This document shows, piece after piece, positions 10,530 to 20,039 of a stretch of DNA of 64,000 nucleotides; positions within the stretch are counted from its first letter, which is position 1, and each line of letters starts with the position of its first letter. The stretch covers positions 1,996 to 65,995 of the forward strand of contig JAFGJY010000019.1 of NCBI GenBank assembly GCA_016928875.1, written 5' to 3'. A program made the translations under genes and the position numbers. The notes beneath the pieces were generated by a model. The model saw only the letters and a program-made list of their open reading frames with translations. It did not search any database and was not told where the DNA came from. The DNA comes from Candidatus Omnitrophota bacterium. GTDB lineage: Bacteria; Omnitrophota; Omnitrophia; JAHJGZ01; JAFGJY01.

Positions 10530-11432
10530 TCAATACCCGGCAAACAATCCTCGTAGGTTCTCATGCTGGATCATTTTAGCAGGTCCTCTTTGGATACTTT
10601 TTACGAAGCAATTACAATCAAGAACTGAATAAGAATATTTCCTCCTTAATGCCTCTTCCATGATATCGTACACTAATCCATTATCGTACAAGTGCATTTC
10701 GTGGCATTGATAGATCTCAGCATCAGGTAATATTTTTGCGATTTTGCGGCGATTATATTGAGTTACTTCTATTTCACCTATATTTACATGATCTACGCCG
10801 ATATCCTCAATAATGGGCAACATCTCGAAGAGCTTTGTTTTATGCGGAGGCCATGCCGGTGTTTCAACGGTTAGCGCTTTAAAATACTTCCTGGCTAGGG
10901 ATACGTTTTTGTAAACGTCCTTTGAGAAATTTGATGCACCGAGATGAAACCGTATTTCATCAATGCCAAGGTCTCGGAGCTCCTCAAGTATATCTTTGGT
11001 CGCCAAAACTCCGTTTGTGTAAAGGTAAAACCACGGGCTTCCCTTAGTCTCCTTTTTGATATCATTGTACACCTTCATATATTCTCTAATGGTCTTCATG
11101 TACAAAAGTGGCTCACCGCCTCCGCTAAAACTGATCGAAGTTGGGCGATAATGAGGCTCACGCGATTCCCGTATTATTGACGTAATCGTATTGAGCAAGT
11201 CGATCTTTCCAGGTTCTTTCATTTTGTAAAAACAATAACAGCAATTGAGATTACACTTTGCTCCCGTAAGTAGATTGCGATGATATCTATCATAGACGAA
11301 ACAACTGCCGCACCCGGGAGAGATTTTTCCAATATGCACGCAATGTCCACTGGCGTGATATTGAAGCTCTTTGATGGCTTCCTGTCGCTTGAACTTTCTT
11401 GTGTATGCTTCTTGTATAGATAATAGTTTCAT
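10530..11432 (-). CDS. radical SAM protein (no SPASM domain seen)
   Basis: CNLNCCYC (CxxxCxxC) plus SFSGGGEPLL glycine motif; extra N-terminal Cys pair (GCGSCF); start taken at MKLLSIQEAY to avoid overlap with the kinase. Confidence 0.65.
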   Translation of the reverse strand: MKLLSIQEAYTRKFKRQEAIKELQYHASGHCVHIGKISPGCGSCFVYDRYHRNLLTGAKCNLNCCYCFYKMKEPGKIDLLNTITSIIRESREPHYRPTSISFSGGGEPLLYMKTIREYMKVYNDIKKETKGSPWFYLYTNGVLATKDILEELRDLGIDEIRFHLGASNFSKDVYKNVSLARKYFKALTVETPAWPPHKTKLFEMLPIIEDIGVDHVNIGEIEVTQYNRRKIAKILPDAEIYQCHEMHLYDNGLVYDIMEEALRRKYSYSVLDCNCFVKSIQRGPAKMIQHENLRGLFAGY

Positions 11433-11436
11433 CTCT

Positions 11437-12393
11437 TTAAATACGGCTTTCTGAGGATCGTGATAACTTCCTGACAAACGTAATTATGCTCTTGTCATTG
11501 ACAAATCCCAATCGGTAACACGGTACATTTTTTATTACATGCTGACATAATGAGGCAATGCTTTCTAACCCTTCCTTATCCCAGAACGTGGGAAACAATG
11601 CCGGATACAATAATTTAAATGCCTCTGCCCCGGAGACCTTCTCGGCAACATTTTTTGAAGAGTGATGAATGAAAAACAAGACATTAAGTCGGGCAGATTC
11701 TATCTTAGAGTCAAGATAATCGCTAAATTCGCCATGCCACGGAGAACCATAAATAACGAATGTTCCCGCTTCTTTACGCACAATGATCCGATCGTCATTT
11801 AAGACCATGGCTTTCGTGTGCTTATGCCACAGTCTCGCGGTCGTGGTTTTACCATCGCCTGATTTACCAGCGAAAACAAATCCTCTGCCATCAATATCTT
11901 TTACGCCGATAGCATGGGTGAATATACCTTGATTTCTTTGAGCAAGATAATTTATCAAAAGGATCTGCAAAAAGTCGTAAATGATGTCTGATGTTGTCCA
12001 CACATACCCTGCACTCTTTTTAGGCAATAGATATGCGGTTACTTTATCAAAGGTTTTATTCACTACCATAAGCTGCTTTTTATTCGCGAGTGGACAGGTA
12101 AAAATATAGCCCTTTTCGTTCTTAAATAATCTCCAGTTTTCACTGCCGTCCTCAAAATGGTATGTAACAAACAACCGTTTTTTCTTCGTTATTGCAGGCA
12201 GTTTATTAACGATCTTGATCTTAACATTGATGTGTGGTGTCCGGTTCCCCTTGCAAAAGAACTTCTCGTAGCGTTCAAGCCTTTGCTCTTGCTTGACTTG
12301 CTCTGTGAGCGTTTCGAGCGGGAAGCGGCTTGCAAGTCGAATAACCACATCAGAGATCTTTAACGTAATTGTTCCCTTTCCAGAGAGCTTCAT
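11437..12393 (-). CDS. HPr kinase-related P-loop kinase-like protein (paralog 2)
   Basis: FAGKSGDGKTT...VLNDDRIIV block homologous to the other three paralogs. Confidence 0.6.
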   Translation of the reverse strand: MKLSGKGTITLKISDVVIRLASRFPLETLTEQVKQEQRLERYEKFFCKGNRTPHINVKIKIVNKLPAITKKKRLFVTYHFEDGSENWRLFKNEKGYIFTCPLANKKQLMVVNKTFDKVTAYLLPKKSAGYVWTTSDIIYDFLQILLINYLAQRNQGIFTHAIGVKDIDGRGFVFAGKSGDGKTTTARLWHKHTKAMVLNDDRIIVRKEAGTFVIYGSPWHGEFSDYLDSKIESARLNVLFFIHHSSKNVAEKVSGAEAFKLLYPALFPTFWDKEGLESIASLCQHVIKNVPCYRLGFVNDKSIITFVRKLSRSSESRI

Positions 12394-12414
12394 AGTTCAC
12401 CTTTATTTGACCGT

Positions 12415-13284
12415 TTACATTGGAATATGCGGTTGATACACAATTCTATTCACTCCACTGTGCTTATACTCCCGTAGGCGTAATCGCGCGTTTTTATAGA
12501 ACTGTGTGTTGCCTCTAAGATAAATGATCTTAGGCATGGTTCTATGCCTCAGCTTAAATATATACCTCTGACATTCTTTTGCGCATGCCCTGATCCTGAG
12601 CAATGACTTCTCTTTCTCTTCACACCCGGCCGTAAGGCAATAAAAGGTCGTACTAATATAAACATACGGCACGTAAACTGACGCGCCTATTTTGTCTTTT
12701 GGTAATGCTAACGACAGGCCTTGCTCAGTATTATCTAACTCTATTCTGCTTATGCGCTGAGAAATTAAAAAATCGTGAATGATCGGGACGCTTGCCGTAT
12801 TTGAACCTTTGTAATACGGGTCTACTCCCGAAGGAAGCGGTTTTTGAATAAGAATAGTCCGCTTCCCAGGATTTATATAATCTACCATAAGGCGTGGTGT
12901 TACCTCTCTCTTAAGTAACGATATTATACGAGGCCCTCGTTTCTGCTTAGTAAGTAATCTGCCCAATACCGGAATAAGATTGCGATACTTACTGTTAACT
13001 AGACTTAACACTCCCCAATCATTAACTATTACCTCACACGTAATATCTTCTGACTTTAAATATTCAAACAATACCTGCAACTCCTCTAAACCACTATTTG
13101 TCACACACGGGCTCACAAGAGAAAAAGCTAATCTGCTCTGTTTGGTGTAATGTATGACGGTCTGAAGATCCCGTAATGAAGGAATGAGTCGTTCGCAGAA
13201 CTCATTACCATAATACAGTCTGGTATACATGTCATCCGCGTCGGTCAATTGAGCGATATTAGTAATAAAGAGAGCTTTTTCCAA
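12415..13284 (-). CDS. peptidase U32 family protein, short UbiV-like form
   Basis: N-terminal RLYYGNEFCE (compare UbiV VIYLGETVC) and C-terminal Cys cluster YCLTAGC..x12..C..x3..C resembling the U32 Fe-S ligand pattern; paralog of 16303-17205. Confidence 0.5.
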   Translation of the reverse strand: MEKALFITNIAQLTDADDMYTRLYYGNEFCERLIPSLRDLQTVIHYTKQSRLAFSLVSPCVTNSGLEELQVLFEYLKSEDITCEVIVNDWGVLSLVNSKYRNLIPVLGRLLTKQKRGPRIISLLKREVTPRLMVDYINPGKRTILIQKPLPSGVDPYYKGSNTASVPIIHDFLISQRISRIELDNTEQGLSLALPKDKIGASVYVPYVYISTTFYCLTAGCEEKEKSLLRIRACAKECQRYIFKLRHRTMPKIIYLRGNTQFYKNARLRLREYKHSGVNRIVYQPHIPM

Positions 13285-14163
13285 TTAGCTATCCTCTCCT
13301 TTTACGAGAACATTTTTACTCCCAGAGAAGTAGAAGGATATTTTGCCGTGCGTATCTTTCTTCGCGAAGATCAACTTATCGCGTATGTAATGGTCTGCAT
13401 TTACAGGACAAAAACTTTGGCATATTCTGCAGACCGATTTTTGATCGTACACCGCTTCATCCCAAATAGCATCTTGTTTACATGCTCGCCCTATCAGAGT
13501 CAACGTATCATTAACGACACGTTTACAGTGATCTTTGTGTGAAGCGAATAACGAGAAATTGTCGATCTGTTCACTAGGACATGCGTTCACGCAAATAGTG
13601 CAATCTTTACACCCGGGATATTCTTTGGGGTGCATGGGGGTGTTATAGTACATTTTAGTTTCGGAAAATAGCACCTGCAGTTTAATGTCAGAGCCAAATC
13701 GTGGATTGATGATCAACGAATTTTTACCGAATTGCCCCAGGCCCGCATAGTACGCAATGTCTTTCAGTAAAAGTATTTTATTTCTGGTGTCATAGCCGGT
13801 ACGTTTCAAATATGAATATTCATTACCGACAATATTCTGTTTATCCGGTTTGTTATCTCTGTCCAACACATGTGTTTTGATGCGTAATTTCTTCCATAGG
13901 ATAACGGCTACTTCCAATATAATATCTTCTACCGAATAATCCAATGCTATTGGCGTGTAATGTGCCAGAATTATTATGGATTTGACCGTGGGCATCACAT
14001 CGCGGGGCCGGGCACTGTATTTCGGCCCGCCGTATTCGAGAGGAATATGACACAGGTGTGAGTCACATCGTTCTAAATGCTCCGGATCGCAAATCCCAAT
14101 GTGGCATATTTCTCGCAACGCATTCGGCAATAATGCTTCTATATCTTGAGCGTGTATTTTCAT
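13285..14163 (-). CDS. QueG (epoxyqueuosine reductase)-like 4Fe-4S dicluster protein
   Basis: GCKDCTICVNACP and CRICQSFCP ferredoxin motifs in a QueG-like arrangement; paralog of 21073-21798. Confidence 0.55.
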   Translation of the reverse strand: MKIHAQDIEALLPNALREICHIGICDPEHLERCDSHLCHIPLEYGGPKYSARPRDVMPTVKSIIILAHYTPIALDYSVEDIILEVAVILWKKLRIKTHVLDRDNKPDKQNIVGNEYSYLKRTGYDTRNKILLLKDIAYYAGLGQFGKNSLIINPRFGSDIKLQVLFSETKMYYNTPMHPKEYPGCKDCTICVNACPSEQIDNFSLFASHKDHCKRVVNDTLTLIGRACKQDAIWDEAVYDQKSVCRICQSFCPVNADHYIRDKLIFAKKDTHGKISFYFSGSKNVLVKGEDS

Positions 14164-15215
14164 TTACGATACCCCCCCTCGAGTATTACTGAAGGATGGT
14201 AACAATTATTACCTCTACATTGATCCGCATAGTTAAACGTTGTTTGATACAAATGTTGTACTTGATGGATAAATTCTATTTTTGATATACCGTTATTATT
14301 CTCTATAATATCTAAAACCGCTCGGATAAATCGTGTACTTGTAAACCTCTTTTGCGCATCCAGCTGTCGTCCAACGATCTTAAGTAATGAAATCTTAGTC
14401 TTATTGATATCGTATAGCGCGCAGGCCCCACATTGCACGCCGTCAATGAGGTGTTTGTGAAAAGTAGGCCGTATATCAGGCTTTGTGACCTTCTTCCCTT
14501 CGTGATCGAATGTCTCAACAGAATAATCTAACCAGCATGCATCAGATTCTGCTTGCGGGTCGTACGCTGTAGCAACATGTAGCCGCTGCTGAGCGCCCCA
14601 TTCTTCATGTGAAATGTCCTCCGTTGAATCTCTCCCCGCTGTATGCAGGAACGTACAAAAGCCATCAGTGTAAACACAGAGTGTATTTAAGACAAAAACC
14701 TCGAACGCTATATCCGGATTATCATCCGACAACGTTCTCATTGATTCCAGTGTTGTTTGTCGATCCAAGACAATACGTGACGCACCTAACCTTTTATAGA
14801 ATCGTACCGCTTCGGAGTTAAAAACTGTACCACCCGTAGAAATATGGATCTGCCGCGTACATCCCATTTCTCGTAATGTCAACAAGAGACCAATATCAGC
14901 TACGATATAACTATCGATATCGATGCCCTCAAGCTGAGAAATAATTTTGAGCAGCAATGGGTATTGCTCTTTCACGTACAATCCATTCAATGTCAAATGA
15001 ACAGGTGTATTTCGTGAGTGTGCCAACGTAACTGCTTCCGTCAACTCTTTAAGATCCGTAAAATTACTGCCGCCCCCCTTGCGTTCGAACTCAAACGCCG
15101 TGTATTGTCTCGCCCATTCGGGCGACATATATCCACAATATAATTCATCTGCTCCCGCATCGATCAGACGCATTACTTCTTCTTTTTCTTTAAATGGCGC
15201 AATGATCTTTAACAT
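14160..15215 (-). CDS. peptidase U32 family protein, long UbiU/RlhA-like form
   Basis: IDAGADELYCG...FTDLKE..HLTLNG..ADIGLL..GASRIVL TIM-barrel blocks and the U32 signature-like EVFVLNTLCVYTDGFCTF; start chosen at MLKIIAPF by alignment to UbiU. Confidence 0.65.
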   Translation of the reverse strand: MLKIIAPFKEKEEVMRLIDAGADELYCGYMSPEWARQYTAFEFERKGGGSNFTDLKELTEAVTLAHSRNTPVHLTLNGLYVKEQYPLLLKIISQLEGIDIDSYIVADIGLLLTLREMGCTRQIHISTGGTVFNSEAVRFYKRLGASRIVLDRQTTLESMRTLSDDNPDIAFEVFVLNTLCVYTDGFCTFLHTAGRDSTEDISHEEWGAQQRLHVATAYDPQAESDACWLDYSVETFDHEGKKVTKPDIRPTFHKHLIDGVQCGACALYDINKTKISLLKIVGRQLDAQKRFTSTRFIRAVLDIIENNNGISKIEFIHQVQHLYQTTFNYADQCRGNNCYHPSVILEGGYRK

Positions 15216-15261
15216 ACATTTAAAACACCGTATTCGACATGAAATGTAATTACATGATCTG

Positions 15262-16299
15262 TTACACGAGAGTTTGTTTCTTGGCACGCTTCGCCAGTTC
15301 ACAATAATACGTCACGGGATTATCCATAGCACCTGTTTCTACCAGTGCTCTGCCAGGACATGAGAGGCAGTATTCTCTGGCCTCGCAGTCGTAACATTGT
15401 GAGCCTGCAGTAAGTTCCTTGCCATGTACTAATGGCAGTAATCTATTTGAGATACGTTCAATATCATCTTTAAGTACATTATATGATGGTTCCCGTATCA
15501 AAGTGCAAAGAAACATCTTCCCATGTGGATCGATGTATACGCAGTTCCTGCCGGCGATCGCACAGCGAAATAGATCGTTCGTATGCTCACGTGACGAGGT
15601 AGGCCCACAAATACCACCTTCTTCAACTTTATTATGTAGGTGCATAAACTGATCTGGAGATATTCTTAAACTGCACGGTGAAACATCCCCATTTAAACGT
15701 GCGTATAAAATATCATCCGGACGGAATTGTAACCCGAATCCCTCAACAAACTCCTTTATTTGGGGTAGATGAACGAGATTATCAGTCGTTACTTGTGTTT
15801 TGATCTTAAGTGGGATACGTGCACTCAATATCGATCGTACCCCATTCATCACTCTATCAAAAGAGCCTTGCACTTGGGATATTGCCTCGTAAACATCTTT
15901 TGTGACACCATTAAGGGTAACCTCGACCACAAAAGGAGGCCTTTTCTCAAGATACTGTGCGATCTCTTCTGTCAATGAATAGGCACTTGTAAATATGGTA
16001 ATAATGAAGCCTTTGCCCTTGGCATAAGAATAGATCTCCAGAAAATCCTCTCTCATTAACGGGTCTCCCCCCGTAAAACAAAGCCATAGTATACCTTCAT
16101 CAAATATCCTATCCAATATTCGCTTGACCTCATCGGTCTTTAATTCGTCCTTGCGGTACTCTGGCGTATTGTAGCACTCAGTATAACAGTGTTTGCAGTG
16201 CAGTCCACATCCAAAGGTAAGCTCAAACTGACAGACATTGTGCCGTTTGTTTTTCAAGTGAGTATCTAAGCTGAACGTTCTATATTGTATTTCTTTCAT
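15262..16299 (-). CDS. radical SAM/SPASM domain peptide-maturase-like protein
   Basis: CGLHCKHC (CxxxCxxC), FTGGDPLM, C-terminal SPASM Cys array CYDCEAREYCLSCPG; close paralog of 21791-22864 and 24262-25353. Confidence 0.8.
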   Translation of the reverse strand: MKEIQYRTFSLDTHLKNKRHNVCQFELTFGCGLHCKHCYTECYNTPEYRKDELKTDEVKRILDRIFDEGILWLCFTGGDPLMREDFLEIYSYAKGKGFIITIFTSAYSLTEEIAQYLEKRPPFVVEVTLNGVTKDVYEAISQVQGSFDRVMNGVRSILSARIPLKIKTQVTTDNLVHLPQIKEFVEGFGLQFRPDDILYARLNGDVSPCSLRISPDQFMHLHNKVEEGGICGPTSSREHTNDLFRCAIAGRNCVYIDPHGKMFLCTLIREPSYNVLKDDIERISNRLLPLVHGKELTAGSQCYDCEAREYCLSCPGRALVETGAMDNPVTYYCELAKRAKKQTLV

Positions 16300-16302
16300 G
16301 AT

Positions 16303-17205
16303 CTAAAACGGTAATTCGGGTTGATAAACAACTCTATCTACATCATATTGTTGTATAAGAGCAGCGTTTAAAGGATTACGGTAAAAAACGGTATTGCCTC
16401 TTTTGTAGATAACTTTTGGAATTGCGCGATTTCGTAATATGTCGTAATACCGCTGACATTCTTTTTTACACACATTGATACGATATATCTTTTGGAATGT
16501 AGTTTCCATAGGACAAAATCGGGTCGTAGAGATATTTACAAATGGTGTATAAATGGACTTCTTACACGTGATCCCCTTCACATTCAGGCCCTGAATAAGA
16601 TTATTCAATTCTACTCTGTTTATGCCGAACGTGCTTAAAAAAGCTGCGAATGACGGTGAGTTCACATAGGATGCCTTAACACCCTCTTGGTATCGTTTAT
16701 CGGGGACCTTATGGACAAATATCCGTATTTCCCCATCCTTGCCTTTGGCAGCGACGGGTAATTGCTTTCGAATAATGTGCCCCATAGACGGGTCTCTTTG
16801 TTGACGCACCAACAGCCTGCCAAATGCAAGTTCAAAGCGCCCATCACATTCACTCTTTAGATACTGCAACACCCCCCAATCATTTATCACTATTTCACAC
16901 GATATGTTAGCTTCTTTAAACCAGATGAATGTATCGCGTAATCTCTGTAAGCCGTGCTCTGTAACAAAAGGGGTAACATACGTAAATCCGAGCCCTTGTT
17001 TTTCAACTCGTTCAAATACTTTTTGTGTCGCTTCGAGCGGAGGGATCAAATTCTGACAAAACTCGTTCCCCCAATACACTCTATGATATTCATCATCCTT
17101 GAGATATTTCATTCCATTAATACTCACTACATGTACGGCCTTTTCTGTTGACGTAATAGATCCCTTGATCGACCGTTCTGAAGACATTGTAATTGCCATT
17201 GTCAA
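16303..17205 (-). CDS. peptidase U32 family protein, short UbiV-like form (paralog of 12415-13284)
   Basis: RVYWGNEFCQ N-terminal motif; C-terminal FC..x..C..x3..C cluster. Confidence 0.5.
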   Translation of the reverse strand: MTMAITMSSERSIKGSITSTEKAVHVVSINGMKYLKDDEYHRVYWGNEFCQNLIPPLEATQKVFERVEKQGLGFTYVTPFVTEHGLQRLRDTFIWFKEANISCEIVINDWGVLQYLKSECDGRFELAFGRLLVRQQRDPSMGHIIRKQLPVAAKGKDGEIRIFVHKVPDKRYQEGVKASYVNSPSFAAFLSTFGINRVELNNLIQGLNVKGITCKKSIYTPFVNISTTRFCPMETTFQKIYRINVCKKECQRYYDILRNRAIPKVIYKRGNTVFYRNPLNAALIQQYDVDRVVYQPELPF

Positions 17206-18464
17206 AGCACCTCACTTGACAGACGACCACCTACTTCTATCATATATAGTGTTTTGTACGATAATACCGTGAGTACTTCATCAGGGGGATCAAGTTGTTT
17301 ACTGACGTGCAGAAGACCTTGTGCTATCTCATCATATGAACTGCTCTCTGATATTATCTTAGATAATCGTTTTTTTATTAATGTAGCCTTTCCCGATTGC
17401 ATGCGATATTTTTTCGTGATCTTGAGAATGATATCTACAAGCATGCTCCTGATCTTTATGTGTGCTTTATCGAGTTTGTCTTTAAGGTGATAACTTTCAG
17501 CAAAATAAATGTCTTTATATTCATATGTTGTAAACGTTACATGTGCACGAGAATGACGCAGAATAAATTCGAGCATTATCTTGAAATCGTTGAAACTCTC
17601 CCCTGGATAACCAATAATTAGAATAAGCGTGATCTTTGTCGTACTGCAATATCTTTCCATCCACGATAGAAATGACATAAAATCTTGCATCTTGAAATCT
17701 TTACCAACTAACTTTATAAGTCGATCAGTTACCGTAATTAATGATATACGCATTGAATCTATCTTGCCTGATTTCAATATTGGTCTTAACTCATCTGCAT
17801 ATGATAGAAATTCAGGGTTCATACAATCAAGTCCGATCCTGTAGTTGCCAGATATTTTCAATATTCTATTCAATAAGGCAGCTAAGTTCGTACCGATGTC
17901 CCATCCGTATATCGCAGTATTCTGAGCAACGAACGAAAATCTTTCATGCTTATCTTCGAGCCCCCTCTTAAACAATGCAATAATGTCGTCTGGATCAAGG
18001 CTGCGAAGCTGGCCAAAACCGTATTTATCAACGCAAAACGTACAATCTTGATAGCACCCTTTAGCAATATATATTGAGTATAAACCGAATTGATTCACGA
18101 ACGGTTGATTGATCGTGTTAAATGGATGTGTAACACCCAAAATAGAATCTAAGTGATCTAATTCTTCATTTAATAAAAATATGATGCCTTCTCTGTCCTT
18201 GATCAGACCCTTTCTCGACGAGAGCACGCCGGTAACAATAAATAGTGCGTTGCTATTCCTATTATTATTTAAATAATCGATAGTTTTTATGGAATCTTCA
18301 TAATAAAACAAACATGTATCACATATCACGACATCTGCTTTCTTAAGATCGTTCGTAAACAGATACTCATTTATCGTCAGGTAGTTTACGAGCAGGGTTC
18401 TTTCCAAAAAGTGTTCTTGATTACCTTCTGAGACACCTTGGAAATACACGGTTTTTGAACTCAT
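17202..18464 (-). CDS. MiaB/RimO-like methylthiotransferase-family radical SAM protein (divergent N-terminal domain)
   Basis: MTTase-like N-terminal domain (VVICDTC resembles MiaB VLLNTCS) but the first cluster Cys is replaced (FQGVSEGNQ versus TWGCQMN); rSAM motif AKGCYQDCTFCV matches MiaB EGCNKYCTFCV. Confidence 0.6.
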   Translation of the reverse strand: MSSKTVYFQGVSEGNQEHFLERTLLVNYLTINEYLFTNDLKKADVVICDTCLFYYEDSIKTIDYLNNNRNSNALFIVTGVLSSRKGLIKDREGIIFLLNEELDHLDSILGVTHPFNTINQPFVNQFGLYSIYIAKGCYQDCTFCVDKYGFGQLRSLDPDDIIALFKRGLEDKHERFSFVAQNTAIYGWDIGTNLAALLNRILKISGNYRIGLDCMNPEFLSYADELRPILKSGKIDSMRISLITVTDRLIKLVGKDFKMQDFMSFLSWMERYCSTTKITLILIIGYPGESFNDFKIMLEFILRHSRAHVTFTTYEYKDIYFAESYHLKDKLDKAHIKIRSMLVDIILKITKKYRMQSGKATLIKKRLSKIISESSSYDEIAQGLLHVSKQLDPPDEVLTVLSYKTLYMIEVGGRLSSEVL

Positions 18465-18503
18465 AGGGATTTCCTCTTTAATAAAGACAAAAAATACATA
18501 TCA

Positions 18504-20039
18504 TTAAATACTACTACGCCGTGGGAGCATTCCGTTGATTTTGATCAATTTATCGACGTCATCCCTGGATATGGTACCAAGCGAATGTGTAAAGGGATAA
18601 ATAAATCTAAAAGGGAGTTCACCATCATAGGCATAGCGTATCCCATACTGTTCGGGGTCATTAAATACGGCATTATTCGGTGTCAGATAGTAAACGTTAA
18701 TGATAGGTTGTACATTTGGATACTCAACGAGCGAACAAACGGTATCCAGGGCTTCATCAATAGTTTCACTGGGAAGCCCGATCATTACCTGGCAACATAT
18801 TTTTAGCCCCACATCAGAGGCGTCCTTAAGGATACGTTTTGCAACATTTGTTCGTATGCCTTTCTTACAAAAGTTAAGGACTCGCTGGTTCATTGATTCA
18901 AGGCCGCAGACCAATTCGAAGCACCCTGCTTTCTTAATAAGCCTCAATATATCTTTGGTAATAGAATCTTCTAATCTCGAAAAAGACGACCATGCGATCT
19001 TGATATTTTCCCGAATGAGGGCATTACTGAACTCCTCCATTTGGCGTGGAGATAACACCGCATTTGAGATCAGTACGCCGTAACAATTATGCCTTTCCTT
19101 AAGTTCTTTAATGTCCCGTATCACTAATTCTATATTTTTTTCCCGATAGGGCACTTTAGGAAGCGGAAGGTCAACGCAAAATATACATTTATCCCAATAA
19201 CATCCTCTTGATGTTTCATAGGTAAGTGACAATTTGCCCTCTACATTTTTATGGTGCTCTAAGGGGATGCCTTCAAAATCAGGACACGGTAATGCGTCAA
19301 TGTCTTCCTTCGATCGCACGTTAGATGGCACAAAAGTATCGTTACGTTTGAATATCAGGTTCGGAACGTTCGACAGTGGCGTATTTCTCTTAATGGCATT
19401 TATAAGCGAGACCAAAGGGGTTTCACCCTCGGAATAGATCATGTAATCGTAAAACTCGCCGAAGTCACTTCGCTTGATAAGTTCTTCTTTGAATAAGGTT
19501 ATCCATTGGCCTCCCACAACTACTTTGATTTGCGGTATCTCAGATTTTATGACACGGCCGAAGGTGAAGGCGGAAATTACTTGTGAAGGTGCTGTAATGG
19601 ATATACCGACCATATCGTACTTATCATCTTTGATACGTTCGAGGATCTCTCTTTTAAAGAACGCTTTGAATGTATTTTCTTCTTCATCGTCGATATATCG
19701 AAACAAGTTATGTGAAGAAAGCAACTTCTCAGTAAAGTCAAAACGAGCGCCGAGTACCGGATCTACCGGTTCACTGAAACTATTTTGATTTCTATACTGA
19801 ATATCTTTGTAGTAATATACCTTATCCCGTATTTTCTCGTTCCTATACTGCTCTGTTACTATGTGATCGAGTTTATTATTGATAATATAGTTATAATATT
19901 TGTGATCTAAGTCGTCTTGATGCGCATCGATGCCCTGAGCTCTCAAAAATGCAAGAAGCGACGGTGTGCTGAGCGGCGGATGGCCTGTGTTAAATGCCGG
20001 AGGAATTAAGAGTAATATTTTAAATTCAGTGTTTTTCAT
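18504..20039 (-). CDS. B12-binding-domain radical SAM protein (class B-like)
   Basis: N-terminal Rossmann-like B12-binding-type region, then rSAM with the unusual spacing CYWDKCIFC (Cx4Cx2C); 511 aa. Confidence 0.55.
   Translation of the reverse strand: MKNTEFKILLLIPPAFNTGHPPLSTPSLLAFLRAQGIDAHQDDLDHKYYNYIINNKLDHIVTEQYRNEKIRDKVYYYKDIQYRNQNSFSEPVDPVLGARFDFTEKLLSSHNLFRYIDDEEENTFKAFFKREILERIKDDKYDMVGISITAPSQVISAFTFGRVIKSEIPQIKVVVGGQWITLFKEELIKRSDFGEFYDYMIYSEGETPLVSLINAIKRNTPLSNVPNLIFKRNDTFVPSNVRSKEDIDALPCPDFEGIPLEHHKNVEGKLSLTYETSRGCYWDKCIFCVDLPLPKVPYREKNIELVIRDIKELKERHNCYGVLISNAVLSPRQMEEFSNALIRENIKIAWSSFSRLEDSITKDILRLIKKAGCFELVCGLESMNQRVLNFCKKGIRTNVAKRILKDASDVGLKICCQVMIGLPSETIDEALDTVCSLVEYPNVQPIINVYYLTPNNAVFNDPEQYGIRYAYDGELPFRFIYPFTHSLGTISRDDVDKLIKINGMLPRRSSI

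Noticed and set aside
10530-11432. Anaerobic ribonucleotide reductase / pyruvate-formate-lyase activating enzyme annotation for the SPASM-less rSAM
   Set aside because: Only the generic CxxxCxxC and glycine-rich motifs are shared. There is no NrdD/PflB partner, and the gene is embedded between a kinase and a precursor. It is left as a generic radical SAM protein.
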